Assembly: GCA_050013775.1 (NCBI GenBank)
Contig: JBEKEP010000001.1
Location: 2,878-66,877, forward strand
DNA length: 64,000 nt
Source of the DNA: Terracidiphilus sp.
Lineage (GTDB): Bacteria; Acidobacteriota; Terriglobia; Terriglobales; Acidobacteriaceae
Direction: 5' to 3'
Shown here piece by piece: positions 26,738 to 36,589 of this stretch; the stretch's first letter is position 1, and each line of letters begins with the position of its first letter. Below the pieces are notes generated by a model that was not told where the DNA came from, made no database searches, and worked only from the letters and a program-made list of their open reading frames with translations. The translations under genes and the position numbers were made by a program.

Positions 26738-27054
26738 AGGCTGCGCCGGATCGGACGCCTTTGGCCGGAATCGTGGCTCATTCAGGTCAGAACTTGCGCC
26801 ACGCGACGAATACAGAATCGCGCTGGCTCAGTACTCGTTGTCTTCTGGTCACGAGCCAGCGACGCCCCGAAAATGTCTACCCCGGAGGACTTGAAATAAA
26901 CTGAATTCGGTTCCCCGGCCGTGCTTCGTTTCGGCTCTCACAGCAACCAATGAACCGATTCTGTGTTCAAACAAAACAAGTGATCCGTTGCGGCGATCGG
27001 CTCAATCATTTGTGGGTTCTGTCGCACGCGCTTCCAAGACACAAGGAGACTCCC

Positions 27055-28350
27055 ATGAATGGTCCCTTCAGAATTCGCGCTTTAGCCATCGTCACCCTCT
27101 TCGCGATGCCGCTGCTTTCCCTGCCGGCCGCGCAGGCGCAGATCGGCATTGGCGTCGGCATCTCAGTCCATGTCGCACCGCCCGTGCTGCCCGTCTACGT
27201 GCAGCCCCCACTACCCGCTCCGGGCTATCTATGGACACCGGGTTACTGGGCCTATGGAGGAGCCGGCTATTACTGGGTTCCCGGCGTTTGGGTGCAGCCG
27301 CCCAGAGTCGGTTTTCTGTGGACCCCGGGCTATTGGGGCTTCGCAGGCGGCGCTTACGGATGGCACGCTGGCTACTGGGGCCCGCACGTCGGCTTCTACG
27401 GTGGCGTGAACTACGGCTTCGGTTACGGCGGCATCGGCTTCTTCGGCGGCGAGTGGCGCGGCGGCGCATTCGCCTACAACAGCGCCGTGGCCAACTTCGG
27501 CGGTGTCCACGTCACCAATGTCTACGAGGACCGCACCGTCATTACCCAGAACACCATCGTCAACAACAACCACACCAGCTTCAACGGCCCGGGCGGCATC
27601 GATCGGCAGCCCAGTCCTGAGGAATCCCGCTATTCCGGCGAGCAGCATATGCAGCCCACTGCCAACCAGATGCAGCATCAGAACTTTGCCTCCCAGGACC
27701 GTTCCCAGTTAGCTTCGGTCAACCACGGCGCTCCCGGAACCACGGCGATGTCGAACGAGGGCTCCTATCGCCAGGTGGCGCAGCAGCACGCGCAGTCCCA
27801 GCCCATCTCGGCCGCGGACCGCACGGCCGGCCGCAACTACAGCCCCAATAATCGTGAAGCCAACCAGGACCAGCGCATCGCCAACGGCCTGCGCGACGGT
27901 CAGATGACCTCCGGCGAAGCGTCCGGCGCTGAACGCACGCAATCGAACATCGACAAGCAAGTCCATAACGATCGTGAAGCGAACGGCGGCCATCTGACCA
28001 ACCAGGAACGTCAGCAGATCAATCGCGAGCAGAATCGCGCGAGCCGTCAAATCTACAACGACAATCACAACGGAAACACGGTGAAGCCGAACGAAGTCGA
28101 TAACCGCGAGGCCAACCAGCAGCAGCGCACCGCCAACGGCCTGCGCACCGGTCAAATGACCTCCGGCGAAGCGGGTCGCTCCAATTCCAATCAGTCCAAT
28201 GTCGCTGGGCAGGTCCACAATGAGCGCACGGCAAACGGCGGCGCGCTGACCCCAAAGCAGAAGCAGCAGGCGAACCGCGAAGAGAACCGCAACAGCAAGC
28301 AGATCTACAACGAGAAGCACAACAACAAAACAGCCAATCCCCGGCGTTGA
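27055..28350 (+). CDS. YXWGXW-repeat secreted protein with a duplicated Asn/Gln/Arg-rich C-terminal module
   Basis: AAGGAG RBS and a signal peptide ending AAQAQ. Repeats of GYLWTPGYWAY / YYWVPGVW / FLWTPGYWGF / YGWHAGYWGP. Two 84-aa repeats start at 27850 and 28102. Confidence 0.75.
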   Translation: MNGPFRIRALAIVTLFAMPLLSLPAAQAQIGIGVGISVHVAPPVLPVYVQPPLPAPGYLWTPGYWAYGGAGYYWVPGVWVQPPRVGFLWTPGYWGFAGGAYGWHAGYWGPHVGFYGGVNYGFGYGGIGFFGGEWRGGAFAYNSAVANFGGVHVTNVYEDRTVITQNTIVNNNHTSFNGPGGIDRQPSPEESRYSGEQHMQPTANQMQHQNFASQDRSQLASVNHGAPGTTAMSNEGSYRQVAQQHAQSQPISAADRTAGRNYSPNNREANQDQRIANGLRDGQMTSGEASGAERTQSNIDKQVHNDREANGGHLTNQERQQINREQNRASRQIYNDNHNGNTVKPNEVDNREANQQQRTANGLRTGQMTSGEAGRSNSNQSNVAGQVHNERTANGGALTPKQKQQANREENRNSKQIYNEKHNNKTANPRR

Positions 28351-28404
28351 AGCGAGGGGAGCACTGGTCTATAGCAATTTCACAATAGCTGTAACCATTC
28401 CGTG

Positions 28405-28439
28405 CCCCACCCTTCGCCGGCAATAAACGAAGGATGGGG
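28405..28439. terminator. hairpin between convergent genes
   Basis: CCCCACCCTTCG / CGAAGGATGGGG: a 12-bp stem with 1 mismatch and an 11-nt loop. Confidence 0.55.
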
Positions 28440-28481
28440 TACCCGATGTCGCGGTGAGTTTGCTTTCTGAAGATCTAAGCC

Positions 28482-30404
28482 TCACTTGATCGGAGTCGCG
28501 TTACTGAGGTCCAGCGTTATGGAGTTTGCTCCGGCCTTGAGCTGCACGGCCTGGCCCCAGGCGAAGGGTTGGTTGTTGTAGCGCGTGGAGATCATCAGGT
28601 AGTAGACGCCCGGCGGCACGCCGGGCAACGTGCCTCTGCCGTTGGCATCGGCGCGGACTGCCGAGGCGGCGTCTGCATTGATGGCATTGATGATTTTTTG
28701 ACAATCGGGCGTTCGATTGGCGCAGACCGTGCCCACATACACATAAGGCGACACTCCGGGCGGTACAGAGACGCCGGCATTTGCGATGGCGTCAGCGTAG
28801 CTCGAGCGCAGCAGCACATAGGGATGACCGGCGAATGGATTGGGCGTGCCGGGCTGCGCGGAAAGTCCGGGGATCACCGACAAAACGGCGTTGCCCAGTG
28901 GCGCGGCCGGAGTGGAAAGTCCACCCCCGCCAGCGGCCGGACCTGAATTCCCTGCTCCAGCGTTCATCGTCGCCGGCGCGCCCCCGCTCGAGGGGATCTG
29001 CTGGCTCGGGACGAGCACGGCAAGGTTGCAGGTCAGCTCCATGGGAGCGAAGGTGAAGTCGTCGTTGTCGTCCTGGCCGGTCACGATGCGCCCATGCACC
29101 TGGTAGGCGCCGGTGCTGCCCGGGTCGAGCGATCCATCCGGCCTGAAAGCCAACGCCAGCGGGTGATCGGGCGCGGCAATCTTCACCACTGCGCCCGCTC
29201 CGCCCACATCCACGGTGTAGGGATAGGCGCGTGCGGCGTCAGGTCCGCAGCCCAGAATCACGGATTCCGGAAAGAACTGCACGCTGAATCCGGTAGACGC
29301 GGCGGCAAAGATACCGTGCATGCGAATGCCCGCCGGAGTAGGAGGACCCTTGTCGCCGCCAACCATGGATTTGAGCAAATCGGTTTCCATGGTCTGCACG
29401 CCCACGCCCGTTCCCTTTGAAGTGAGATTGATCGCGGGGCACGTCACGCGTTTCGGCGCGAACCGGGTGTAGCCGTTGTTGGCGTTTCCGGCCACGCGAT
29501 TGCCGGCGGAATCGTACAGGTTGCCGTATTGGTCCTTCTGCGTGGCGCCCGTCCCCGCTGCGCCGCTCACGTAGCCCGCAGCGATCACGCCGTTAATGGT
29601 CACTGGGCCCGGCGGGCCGGTGATGGTTCCATCGCCGTGAACAGCGAGCACGAGAGGCCTGGGCGTGGTGTCGATGGTGAGCGTGGCGTGGCCGTTCTTC
29701 AGGTCGAGCGTGTAGCTCTCCTGGTTGGGCGACAGGTCCGCGCAGTTCACCAGCACGCCCTCGTCAATAAAGTCGAGACGCCAGTACCCGGTGCCCTGGA
29801 AGACTCCGGCCATGTTGGGGCCGGGCTGCTCGGGCTTCTTGTCCGCGCCGGGAAGCATCTGCGAAACCATCTGTGTGAACGCGCCCAGCAGCCCGTTGCC
29901 GGTGCATGTGGAAGCGGGCCGGCCTGACGAGACGCAGCGCCGCAAAGCGCGCTCTTCCCCGTTTTTCGGCGGTGTCACCTGCGCAGGATTCACGCCCGCC
30001 TGGTTGCCGGAACCGGGCTGTGAGTTCTGCGCGGCAGCCTGCGGGTTGGCCTTGGCCACGTTTGCGTCGTAGATCTCCTGCTGTTTTTTCTTGAAGGCTT
30101 CTTCCCGGGCAATTTCCTGCGCAGTAGGTTGCGTGCAGGTGGGGAGCAGTTTTTTCAACGTGCCGCGGGTTTCGGTTGTGTAAGCCATAAAGCCGTTGTG
30201 TTGGGGACGGTCTGGGTGGGCGACCTGGCAGGTGGAGGTGTCAGAGAGATCGCGGATGTTGCAGCTCTCCACGTACATGCGCTCTCCGTTGCACACATAG
30301 GTCACGTTGAGCTTGATGTCCTGTGCGTCGGCACGCACCCCGGCCAAAATCGCCGCGGCAAGAGCCAGCGCAATAACGATGATTCGCAGTGTTCTGCGGT
30401 GCAT
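28482..30404 (-). CDS. large secreted protein of unknown function
   Basis: 640 aa with signal peptide MHRRTLRIIVIALALAAAILAGVRADA. Cys-rich N-terminus, Gly/Ala-rich beta-like body, and a C-terminal CarboxypepD_reg-like end (GVPPGVYYLMISTRYNN). Confidence 0.65.
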   Translation of the reverse strand: MHRRTLRIIVIALALAAAILAGVRADAQDIKLNVTYVCNGERMYVESCNIRDLSDTSTCQVAHPDRPQHNGFMAYTTETRGTLKKLLPTCTQPTAQEIAREEAFKKKQQEIYDANVAKANPQAAAQNSQPGSGNQAGVNPAQVTPPKNGEERALRRCVSSGRPASTCTGNGLLGAFTQMVSQMLPGADKKPEQPGPNMAGVFQGTGYWRLDFIDEGVLVNCADLSPNQESYTLDLKNGHATLTIDTTPRPLVLAVHGDGTITGPPGPVTINGVIAAGYVSGAAGTGATQKDQYGNLYDSAGNRVAGNANNGYTRFAPKRVTCPAINLTSKGTGVGVQTMETDLLKSMVGGDKGPPTPAGIRMHGIFAAASTGFSVQFFPESVILGCGPDAARAYPYTVDVGGAGAVVKIAAPDHPLALAFRPDGSLDPGSTGAYQVHGRIVTGQDDNDDFTFAPMELTCNLAVLVPSQQIPSSGGAPATMNAGAGNSGPAAGGGGLSTPAAPLGNAVLSVIPGLSAQPGTPNPFAGHPYVLLRSSYADAIANAGVSVPPGVSPYVYVGTVCANRTPDCQKIINAINADAASAVRADANGRGTLPGVPPGVYYLMISTRYNNQPFAWGQAVQLKAGANSITLDLSNATPIK

Positions 30405-30918
30405 CTTCTTTGGCCTCCAACGAATCCGGGACCGGGCCCCGGAGCCCAGGCGGGATTGCGGGGACGAGGAAGTTGGAAATACGTCTCAGGGCGCGGAGGA
30501 AGAGAGACACGGAAAGATTCTCCGGCCTGAAAGGGAATGTCAAGGAGTTTCGCAGGACACTGTCGACTTCGCCTGAAACGACGCGGTGAATCAGTTGGAA
30601 CAGACAAACCAGTTTTGGGCCTGTGATCCAGGGATCTGTGGCTGCGACCAGTCCCGTTGAATCCCCTTTTTGGACGCTCCTCCGAGGTTTGACTGGACAA
30701 GTTTTCAACAAAACCCCGCATCTGCCTTCATGAGGAAAGTCTGCACGCCGAGGTATATTGGTAGGGAATTCAGGAATCTTCTCCGGGTAAGGAGAAGATC
30801 CTCCCCTGAGGTCCTCAGTTACGCCAACCGGGCTCCTGATGGTCTCCGATTTTGCTCTGAGGTTGGCCGCTAAACGAAGCTCACACCGCAACCTCTGGAG
30901 CATGCGCCAAATTGGTAG

Positions 30919-32583
30919 TTGACTTGCCTTGGACCTCCAATAGAAGTCGAGGACGTTGTGCGCTCTACCGTTCCGCTGCGTCATAAGCTCATCGCGGTGG
31001 TCGTGGCTGCCGCCACCGCCTGTGGCCTCTATGCCTTTCTTCTCTATCGGGAGGCACAACTGGCCTCAGCCGCTTCGCTCTCTTTCGACTCCGCAGCGGC
31101 ACAGCAACTGGACCCCAACACCGCGCGCGCCCTTCATCCCGCTGTCGTCCTCGGCCAGTCCATTCTCAGCGACTCTTTCGTCGCCACACTCATTCTCCAT
31201 GCCGACCTCGCCGAGCCCTCCACAGCGCACGCCATTGGCGAGTTTCGCACCCGCGTCGAGCTGACCCAGCCGTCCGCCGGGGTTCTTTGGGTACGCTACC
31301 GTGATCCCGATCCCGGCCAGGCCGTCGCCACTGCCAATGCGGTGGCCCAAGCCCTCACCGGCTGGGCGCCTCCGACTACCGGCACTTCTGCACCGGCCGC
31401 GCCCGCATCAGCCGCCGCCCCCCAAGATGCCCCTCCTGCTGAACCGTTGCCAGCCACCGCCCCACGACCTGCTCCTGCTGCCGAGCGGTCGCTGGCCACC
31501 GCTTTGGGGGAATTACAGGCTCAGCTTTCTGCCGCCGATCAACGAGCCGACCCAGAGTCATCGTTGCAGACCGAACGCGATCGCCAGAGATACCTTGAGT
31601 CCCAGGTCCGCGACGCCCAGCAGAAACTGGATGATCTGCGCAACGAGTTCCCGCAATCAGACTCGGCGTCAGGCGGGCAAGTCCACCTGGATGCCATTCA
31701 ACACGCACTCGCTCTCTTCTGGCCTTCTACCGCTGGCCTCAATGCCGCGGGCACCTCTGAAGAGCAGCTCGACTATGAGCGCGATCAGCTCACGCGCGAC
31801 ATGAACGTCATCGCACAGCAGCGCCAGGCAGCTCAGCGCGAAGCGGCCGCCAATGCTGACTCTGTCAATCAACCCGCTTCGGCGGCCGCTGTGCCATCGC
31901 CACTCGCTCCCAGCGCCACCGGGAATCCGCTCCATCTGGAGCGCATGGCCCGGCTCCCCGCGCAGTTGGCCCGGTGGCCTTCCGCTCTCATTGGCTTTTT
32001 CTGCGGCTTGCTCTACTTGGGACTCGCCTTTGCCCGCTATCATTCCTCCGCCGAGTCCGATGACCTGCTCGATCTGCCCCATGCGAAGGCCAATTCCATT
32101 TACCACCTGTTCGACACCGATGCGCGCGGCCCAGCCGATTCCGACGAAATACCGATCGACGCTGATGCGGTCAAAACACCCTCCCGCAAGCATGCCTTTT
32201 TGACCTTGAATCTAGGTTCCATTCCTGCTCCTGCCCGGGACCAGCCTCCGTCCTTCGAGCCAATCCAGGGCTCTACGCCAGTCACTGTCCTCGATAGCCT
32301 GGCGGAGACCGCACCGGTCTCGGCCCACACCGAAATGGCTCAAGCCGCTTCCGCCGCGGATGCCGTTGCTCCCCTGCGCGCTCCGGAGCAACAGGACGAA
32401 GTTTCCCCCGAGGGAATGATCGGAACTAGCGATTCCTGGGAAGAAGAAATCCGTATTCGCTTGTCTCAAACCGACATTGCTCGCATCTTGAATTCGCAGA
32501 TCGTCGCAGAAAATATCGCCACCAAAGGCCCCAACCGCGATGTCGGACCACCTCCATCAGAGACCGACCGTCTCGCCAGCTGA
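30919..32583 (+). CDS. bitopic membrane protein with polysaccharide-copolymerase (Wzz/GumC)-like topology, Ala/Pro-rich
   Basis: N-terminal TM LIAVVVAAATACGLYAFLL, a coiled-coil middle (ELQAQLSAADQ..., QKLDDLRNEF) and a second TM ALIGFFCGLLYLGLAF. The start is uncertain (TTG 30919 or GTG 30958). Family assignment is tentative. Confidence 0.5.
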   Translation: MTCLGPPIEVEDVVRSTVPLRHKLIAVVVAAATACGLYAFLLYREAQLASAASLSFDSAAAQQLDPNTARALHPAVVLGQSILSDSFVATLILHADLAEPSTAHAIGEFRTRVELTQPSAGVLWVRYRDPDPGQAVATANAVAQALTGWAPPTTGTSAPAAPASAAAPQDAPPAEPLPATAPRPAPAAERSLATALGELQAQLSAADQRADPESSLQTERDRQRYLESQVRDAQQKLDDLRNEFPQSDSASGGQVHLDAIQHALALFWPSTAGLNAAGTSEEQLDYERDQLTRDMNVIAQQRQAAQREAAANADSVNQPASAAAVPSPLAPSATGNPLHLERMARLPAQLARWPSALIGFFCGLLYLGLAFARYHSSAESDDLLDLPHAKANSIYHLFDTDARGPADSDEIPIDADAVKTPSRKHAFLTLNLGSIPAPARDQPPSFEPIQGSTPVTVLDSLAETAPVSAHTEMAQAASAADAVAPLRAPEQQDEVSPEGMIGTSDSWEEEIRIRLSQTDIARILNSQIVAENIATKGPNRDVGPPPSETDRLAS

Positions 32584-32732
32584 CCGGCACTCGTGGCATC
32601 GAAGCTCCTGCATTTCACGCGGATGGTATTTTGACGAGGCACAGCTCCCCAAAGGCGCTACTTCCGGATTAGCGACGATCCAACCAGATCTCGACTGAAA
32701 TGGCGTCGTCGGCTGAACCGCTCTGGGCGCCT

Positions 32733-33923
32733 TCAGTTCGCGTCCCAGCTTTGTGGAACATTCACATACGAACGATCGAGCTCGGTGACGGACGCGCAAC
32801 CGAGCAGCCGCAGCGTGCGGTCGAGGTCGGTGCGCAGAATTTCGATGGCGCGATCGACTCCGGCTTCTCCCGCAGCAGCAAGACCGTAGGCATAGGCGCG
32901 TCCGCAGAGCACGGCGCGTGCACCAAGGCAGAGGGCTTTGGCGATGTCGGTACCGCGGCGAATACCTCCATCCATAAGGATCTCGGTTTGCCCGTCAACA
33001 GCCTTTACGACTTCGGGCAACGCGCGCAACGAAGAAGAAACGCAATCGAGTTGGCGGCCGCCGTGATTCGAGACTGAAATGGCTGCGGCGCCTTCATCGA
33101 CGGCGCGGCGTGCATCGTCTCCCGTGAGGACGCCTTTAACGACAATGGGACCGCGCCACAGTTCGCGAATCCAGGCGAAGTCGCTCCAGGTGACTGCGGA
33201 TGCGGCGAGCGCAGTGGCAATATCGATGAGCGGCATCGGGCCTTTGCCCGGGACCACAACGTTGTAGAGCGGTGGGATGCCCCCGTCGCGCAGAAAATTC
33301 AAGAGCCAGCTCGGGCGCGATAGAACTTGCGGAAGATGTGGAAGTTTTTCGAAGGGACCACCGCTGACAAGCTCCTTGGTTCCATTGCGGAAGTCGCGTT
33401 CGCGAATTCCGGAGACGGGTGTATCGATGGTGACAACGAGCGCGGAAAACCCGGCGGCACGGGCGCGTTCAATCGCGGCCTCGGCCGCGCCGCGGCCTCC
33501 CATCAAATACAACTGATAAAAGACGGGGCCGCTCGATGCGGCCCTTACATCTTCGAGTTTGTGTCCGGAGATGGTGGAGAGAATGTAGGCGGTGCCCGCG
33601 TTGCCGGCGGCGCGCGCTGCACCCACTTCGCCCACCGGGTGCATGAGCCGGCTGTAGCCAACGGGAGCCAACAGGAAAGGGACAGCGAGATCGAAGCCAA
33701 GAACGCGCGTGCGCATGCTGCACTTGTCGAACGCGACCGCGTGCCGGGGACGGAAGGTGACGTCCTCATAGACGCGGCAATTCTCGCGCAGGGTAACCTC
33801 GCCTTCAGAGCCGCCATCAAGGTAATCGAAGACGGAGCCGGGCAAGCGTCGCTTGGCGATGGTCCGGAAATCTCCGATGCTGACGACGCGCGGAGAGGCG
33901 ACGGAACGGGCAGATCGAGTCAT
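32733..33923 (-). CDS. FMN-dependent alpha-hydroxy acid dehydrogenase/oxidase (L-lactate dehydrogenase/glycolate oxidase family)
   Basis: 396 aa with FDYLDGGSEGEVTLREN, LYLMGGRG, VVKGVLTGDDA, SNHGGRQLD and DGGIRRGTD. Confidence 0.85.
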   Translation of the reverse strand: MTRSARSVASPRVVSIGDFRTIAKRRLPGSVFDYLDGGSEGEVTLRENCRVYEDVTFRPRHAVAFDKCSMRTRVLGFDLAVPFLLAPVGYSRLMHPVGEVGAARAAGNAGTAYILSTISGHKLEDVRAASSGPVFYQLYLMGGRGAAEAAIERARAAGFSALVVTIDTPVSGIRERDFRNGTKELVSGGPFEKLPHLPQVLSRPSWLLNFLRDGGIPPLYNVVVPGKGPMPLIDIATALAASAVTWSDFAWIRELWRGPIVVKGVLTGDDARRAVDEGAAAISVSNHGGRQLDCVSSSLRALPEVVKAVDGQTEILMDGGIRRGTDIAKALCLGARAVLCGRAYAYGLAAAGEAGVDRAIEILRTDLDRTLRLLGCASVTELDRSYVNVPQSWDAN

Positions 33924-34009
33924 TTCTGTTTGTTATACCAAGGCGGGGAGTTCGTTCACCGGGATTTCCTTTTTCGACCCCCAAAACAGCTGCCATTGTC
34001 TCCCCAATC

Positions 34010-34831
34010 TCATTGGCAGTAAGGGGGTAGATCCTCCTCCGGCTCCTCGCGGAGCACGCCTTCGTCCATGCAGTTGAAAGTCTGCTGGGCCGATATTTCC
34101 CCGTACACTGTGCCGGGATCACCCGCGTAGCCGCTCGGGACAACCCAGCCCATCGGGGGCAGCGGTGGTGTCGCGGGCTTGAGAATGGCCATGAGCGCAG
34201 CCTGGGACGGCCTGTAACTGGAGAGTACGGCTTCGGCTGTGGCGCGCTCCTGAGCGGCCAGCGAGACCGGAATTGTAGCGTTCATCCAAAAAAGCTTGTA
34301 GACGCCGTTGCTGTCTATCGGCAATGAACAGAATCGCGTCTCGAAGTTCTGTGGGCCTTGCGCATTCGTCAAGCTTCCGAGGAAGATGCCGCACTGAGCG
34401 ATTTTGCCGAGCGGCACGGGTTTGGCTGAGGACACGCTGACGCGCGCACCTGGAAAACCTGAGGCGATGGCCGCCTCCTGCCAGACAGCCTCGAGCTTTT
34501 GCGTAAGCGTGGCCTGGTTGGGAATCATCATCGGGTTTTGACCAGCCCTGTACGCACCGCTCCGGATCAAGAGCGTGTTTCCGACGGAGATTGCCTCGCC
34601 ATTCGGACCGGACATTTGGATTTCGGCAGAGGCGGCCTTGGTCACCCTCCACCCGGCAGGTACCCCGACGGTCGCGCTCCCATCAGGCGCTGAGTAAGTT
34701 TGCAAGGGAGTGGACGGAGCAGGTGTTGATTGTTGCGCGGTGGCCAGGGAAGCGCCGGCGATAAAGCCCGCCGCGAGTGCCGCGAACTTCAGGAATTCGG
34801 AACCATGTCTTACCTTCATAGGGAATTTCAT
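34010..34831 (-). CDS. secreted protein of unknown function
   Basis: Start chosen at MKFPMKVRHGSEFLKFAALAAGFIAGASLATAQQ (signal peptide). The upstream part of the listed ORF looks non-coding. Confidence 0.55.
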   Translation of the reverse strand: MKFPMKVRHGSEFLKFAALAAGFIAGASLATAQQSTPAPSTPLQTYSAPDGSATVGVPAGWRVTKAASAEIQMSGPNGEAISVGNTLLIRSGAYRAGQNPMMIPNQATLTQKLEAVWQEAAIASGFPGARVSVSSAKPVPLGKIAQCGIFLGSLTNAQGPQNFETRFCSLPIDSNGVYKLFWMNATIPVSLAAQERATAEAVLSSYRPSQAALMAILKPATPPLPPMGWVVPSGYAGDPGTVYGEISAQQTFNCMDEGVLREEPEEDLPPYCQ

Positions 34832-35138
34832 CCTTTCGCCCCGAGGGAAGATTGGGATTTGATGCGCAACTCTATCACGTCGCAAGCTCTGCGAGCGAAC
34901 AAAAAATTGACCGCAGATCGCTGACCACAGCGCCTCGCGGCATTCGCGGTATCCTGCCCTTCGCCAGAGAAATGCGAAGGATGCGGCGGCCGAAAAAAAC
35001 TTCCCGCGATTTGCATATAATTTCCCCCTTCCGGCGCACAATAAAAACATCAGTCAATAGCCGGTAACCAGTAGCTGGGAGCCTGTCTCGCGGTAGCTGC
35101 CTTCTTGGTCCCTCGTTCCCGTGCTCCCTGCCTTTCCA

Positions 35139-35164
35139 CCCCCCTCCCCCCTCCCCCCTCCCCC
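35139..35164 (+). repeat. (CCCCCCT)3CCCCC homopolymeric tract (G-quadruplex motif on the minus strand)
   Basis: cccccctcccccctcccccctccccc gives four C/G runs of 5-6 separated by single T/A. It is intergenic between ccmB and the 34010..34831 gene. Confidence 0.9.
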
Positions 35165-35408
35165 GGTCCTGACACCCGAAGCCTGAAACCCGCACCCGGG
35201 ATTTCCGCCGAAAATCCGACTTGTGAAACTGTGAAGTCTGCAAGTCACAGCAAAATAAATACTTACACGCACAAACCCTGCAGTCTCACAGGGAATGTGT
35301 TTCTGTGAGTCTGTGCCGCAAAATCGCATCGCTTTTTCGGGCAGAGGTTTGCTGCCGATCACGATTCACGATTCGCGAATCACGAGCTGAAATCTGACAG
35401 CTGATTTC

Positions 35409-36077
35409 TTATTCCGCGTGGAAGATGGTGTCGAAGAGCAGAAGGCTTGCGGTGGTGAAGATGATGTCGTAGCCGAGAAGCATCTTGATCCAAATTGTGG
35501 GATCGCTGTCGCCGGTGAAGATCGCGGTGGTGGATTGCACCATGGCCAAGAGCGCGGGAATGAAGATGGGAAAGAGAATGAGCGAGAGCAGCAACTCGCG
35601 GTTGCGGCTGCTCATGGAGAGCGCGGCGAAGAACACACCATTGCAGACCAAAGCCCATGTTCCCAGCGGCAGCACCAGCGCCAGCAACCACGCGTTGCCT
35701 GTGATATGCAGGTTGTAAAAGATGAAAAAGAACGGCGCCAGAACGACCTGCACGATGGTGACGAAGAGAAAGTTGGCGATGGCTTTGGCGAGAAAGAGCT
35801 CGGCTGCGGGCGCGGGAACCATGCGCTGCGCATCCATCACTTGATGCCGGATTTCGCGCGCCCACGCTTGATTGAGCGCGCTCACCGAAGCGAACATAGT
35901 GGCGACGCAAAGCACTCCGCCTGAGATCTGCTGCGAGAACTCGCCGCGCGGATCGAAGGCGATGGAGAAGAGCACAACCACCAGGCCCGAGAAGAAAAGC
36001 ATGGAGATCATGGCGTCGAGTGTGCGCCACTCGATGCGGAGATCCTTGGCGAGATGCGTCCAGAGAGCGCGGGTCAT
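35409..36077 (-). CDS. ccmB: heme exporter protein CcmB
   Basis: 222 aa from MTRALWTHLAKDLRIEWR, with six TM segments. The ATG overlaps the ybaK stop (ATGA). The longer listed ORF N-terminus is Arg-rich junk. Confidence 0.8.
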   Translation of the reverse strand: MTRALWTHLAKDLRIEWRTLDAMISMLFFSGLVVVLFSIAFDPRGEFSQQISGGVLCVATMFASVSALNQAWAREIRHQVMDAQRMVPAPAAELFLAKAIANFLFVTIVQVVLAPFFFIFYNLHITGNAWLLALVLPLGTWALVCNGVFFAALSMSSRNRELLLSLILFPIFIPALLAMVQSTTAIFTGDSDPTIWIKMLLGYDIIFTTASLLLFDTIFHAE

Positions 36078-36589
36078 GAGCGGCTCTCCGCGGTGACAGG
36101 CTTGGTGTCTTTGGTCAGATCGACAGTCTGGACAGGCTCGCCGATAGCGGCCGCGGCGCGAAGATAGTCGTCGGGAGCGAGGATCAGTTGCGTGCCGCGC
36201 GTGCCCGCGGAAACGCTGATGGTGTCGAAAAGAATGGCCGTTTCGTCGACGAAAACCGGATAAGGTTTTTTCGCCCCGAAGATGGTGACGCCGCCGCGAA
36301 TGTAGCCAGTGAGCGGCTGCACGTCTTTCAGCGGGGACATCTCCGCTTTGCGCCAACCTGCGGCGCGAGCGAGTTTCTTGAAGTCGAGCTCGGCGTCGCC
36401 GGGAATCACCGCGAAAACATAATCACCGGAGCCAGTGGTCGTGAGCAAGGTCTTGAAGACTTGTTCTGCAGGCATGCCGATCTTCTTCGCAACCGTGATC
36501 GCGGTCAGATCGTTGGGATCGACCTCGTACTCGCGCAATACAAAGGCGATGCCGAGCGATTCGAGAGAACGCGCGCCGTTGGTCTTCAT
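36074..36589 (-). CDS. ybaK: YbaK/EbsC-type Cys-tRNA(Pro) deacylase
   Basis: 171 aa with FKTLL, KAEMSPLKDVQPLTGYIRGGVTIFGAKK and ISVSAGTRG, collinear with the YbaK trans-editing family. Confidence 0.8.
   Translation of the reverse strand: MKTNGARSLESLGIAFVLREYEVDPNDLTAITVAKKIGMPAEQVFKTLLTTTGSGDYVFAVIPGDAELDFKKLARAAGWRKAEMSPLKDVQPLTGYIRGGVTIFGAKKPYPVFVDETAILFDTISVSAGTRGTQLILAPDDYLRAAAAIGEPVQTVDLTKDTKPVTAESRS

Noticed and set aside
30732-30741. GAGGAAAGTC string resembling the RNase P RNA P4 5' strand
   Set aside because: The match stops after 10 nt (GAGGAAAGTCtgcac versus GAGGAAAGTCCGGGC). No ACAGAAnCCGGCTTA-like P4 3' strand or other conserved RNase P blocks occur nearby.
35370-35381. Perfect 12-bp palindrome GATTCGCGAATC (with adjacent cacgatt cacgatt direct repeat) just after the ccmB stop
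   Set aside because: The stem is too short and has no T-tract, so I cannot call it a terminator. There is no partner site or nearby regulator gene to support an operator call.
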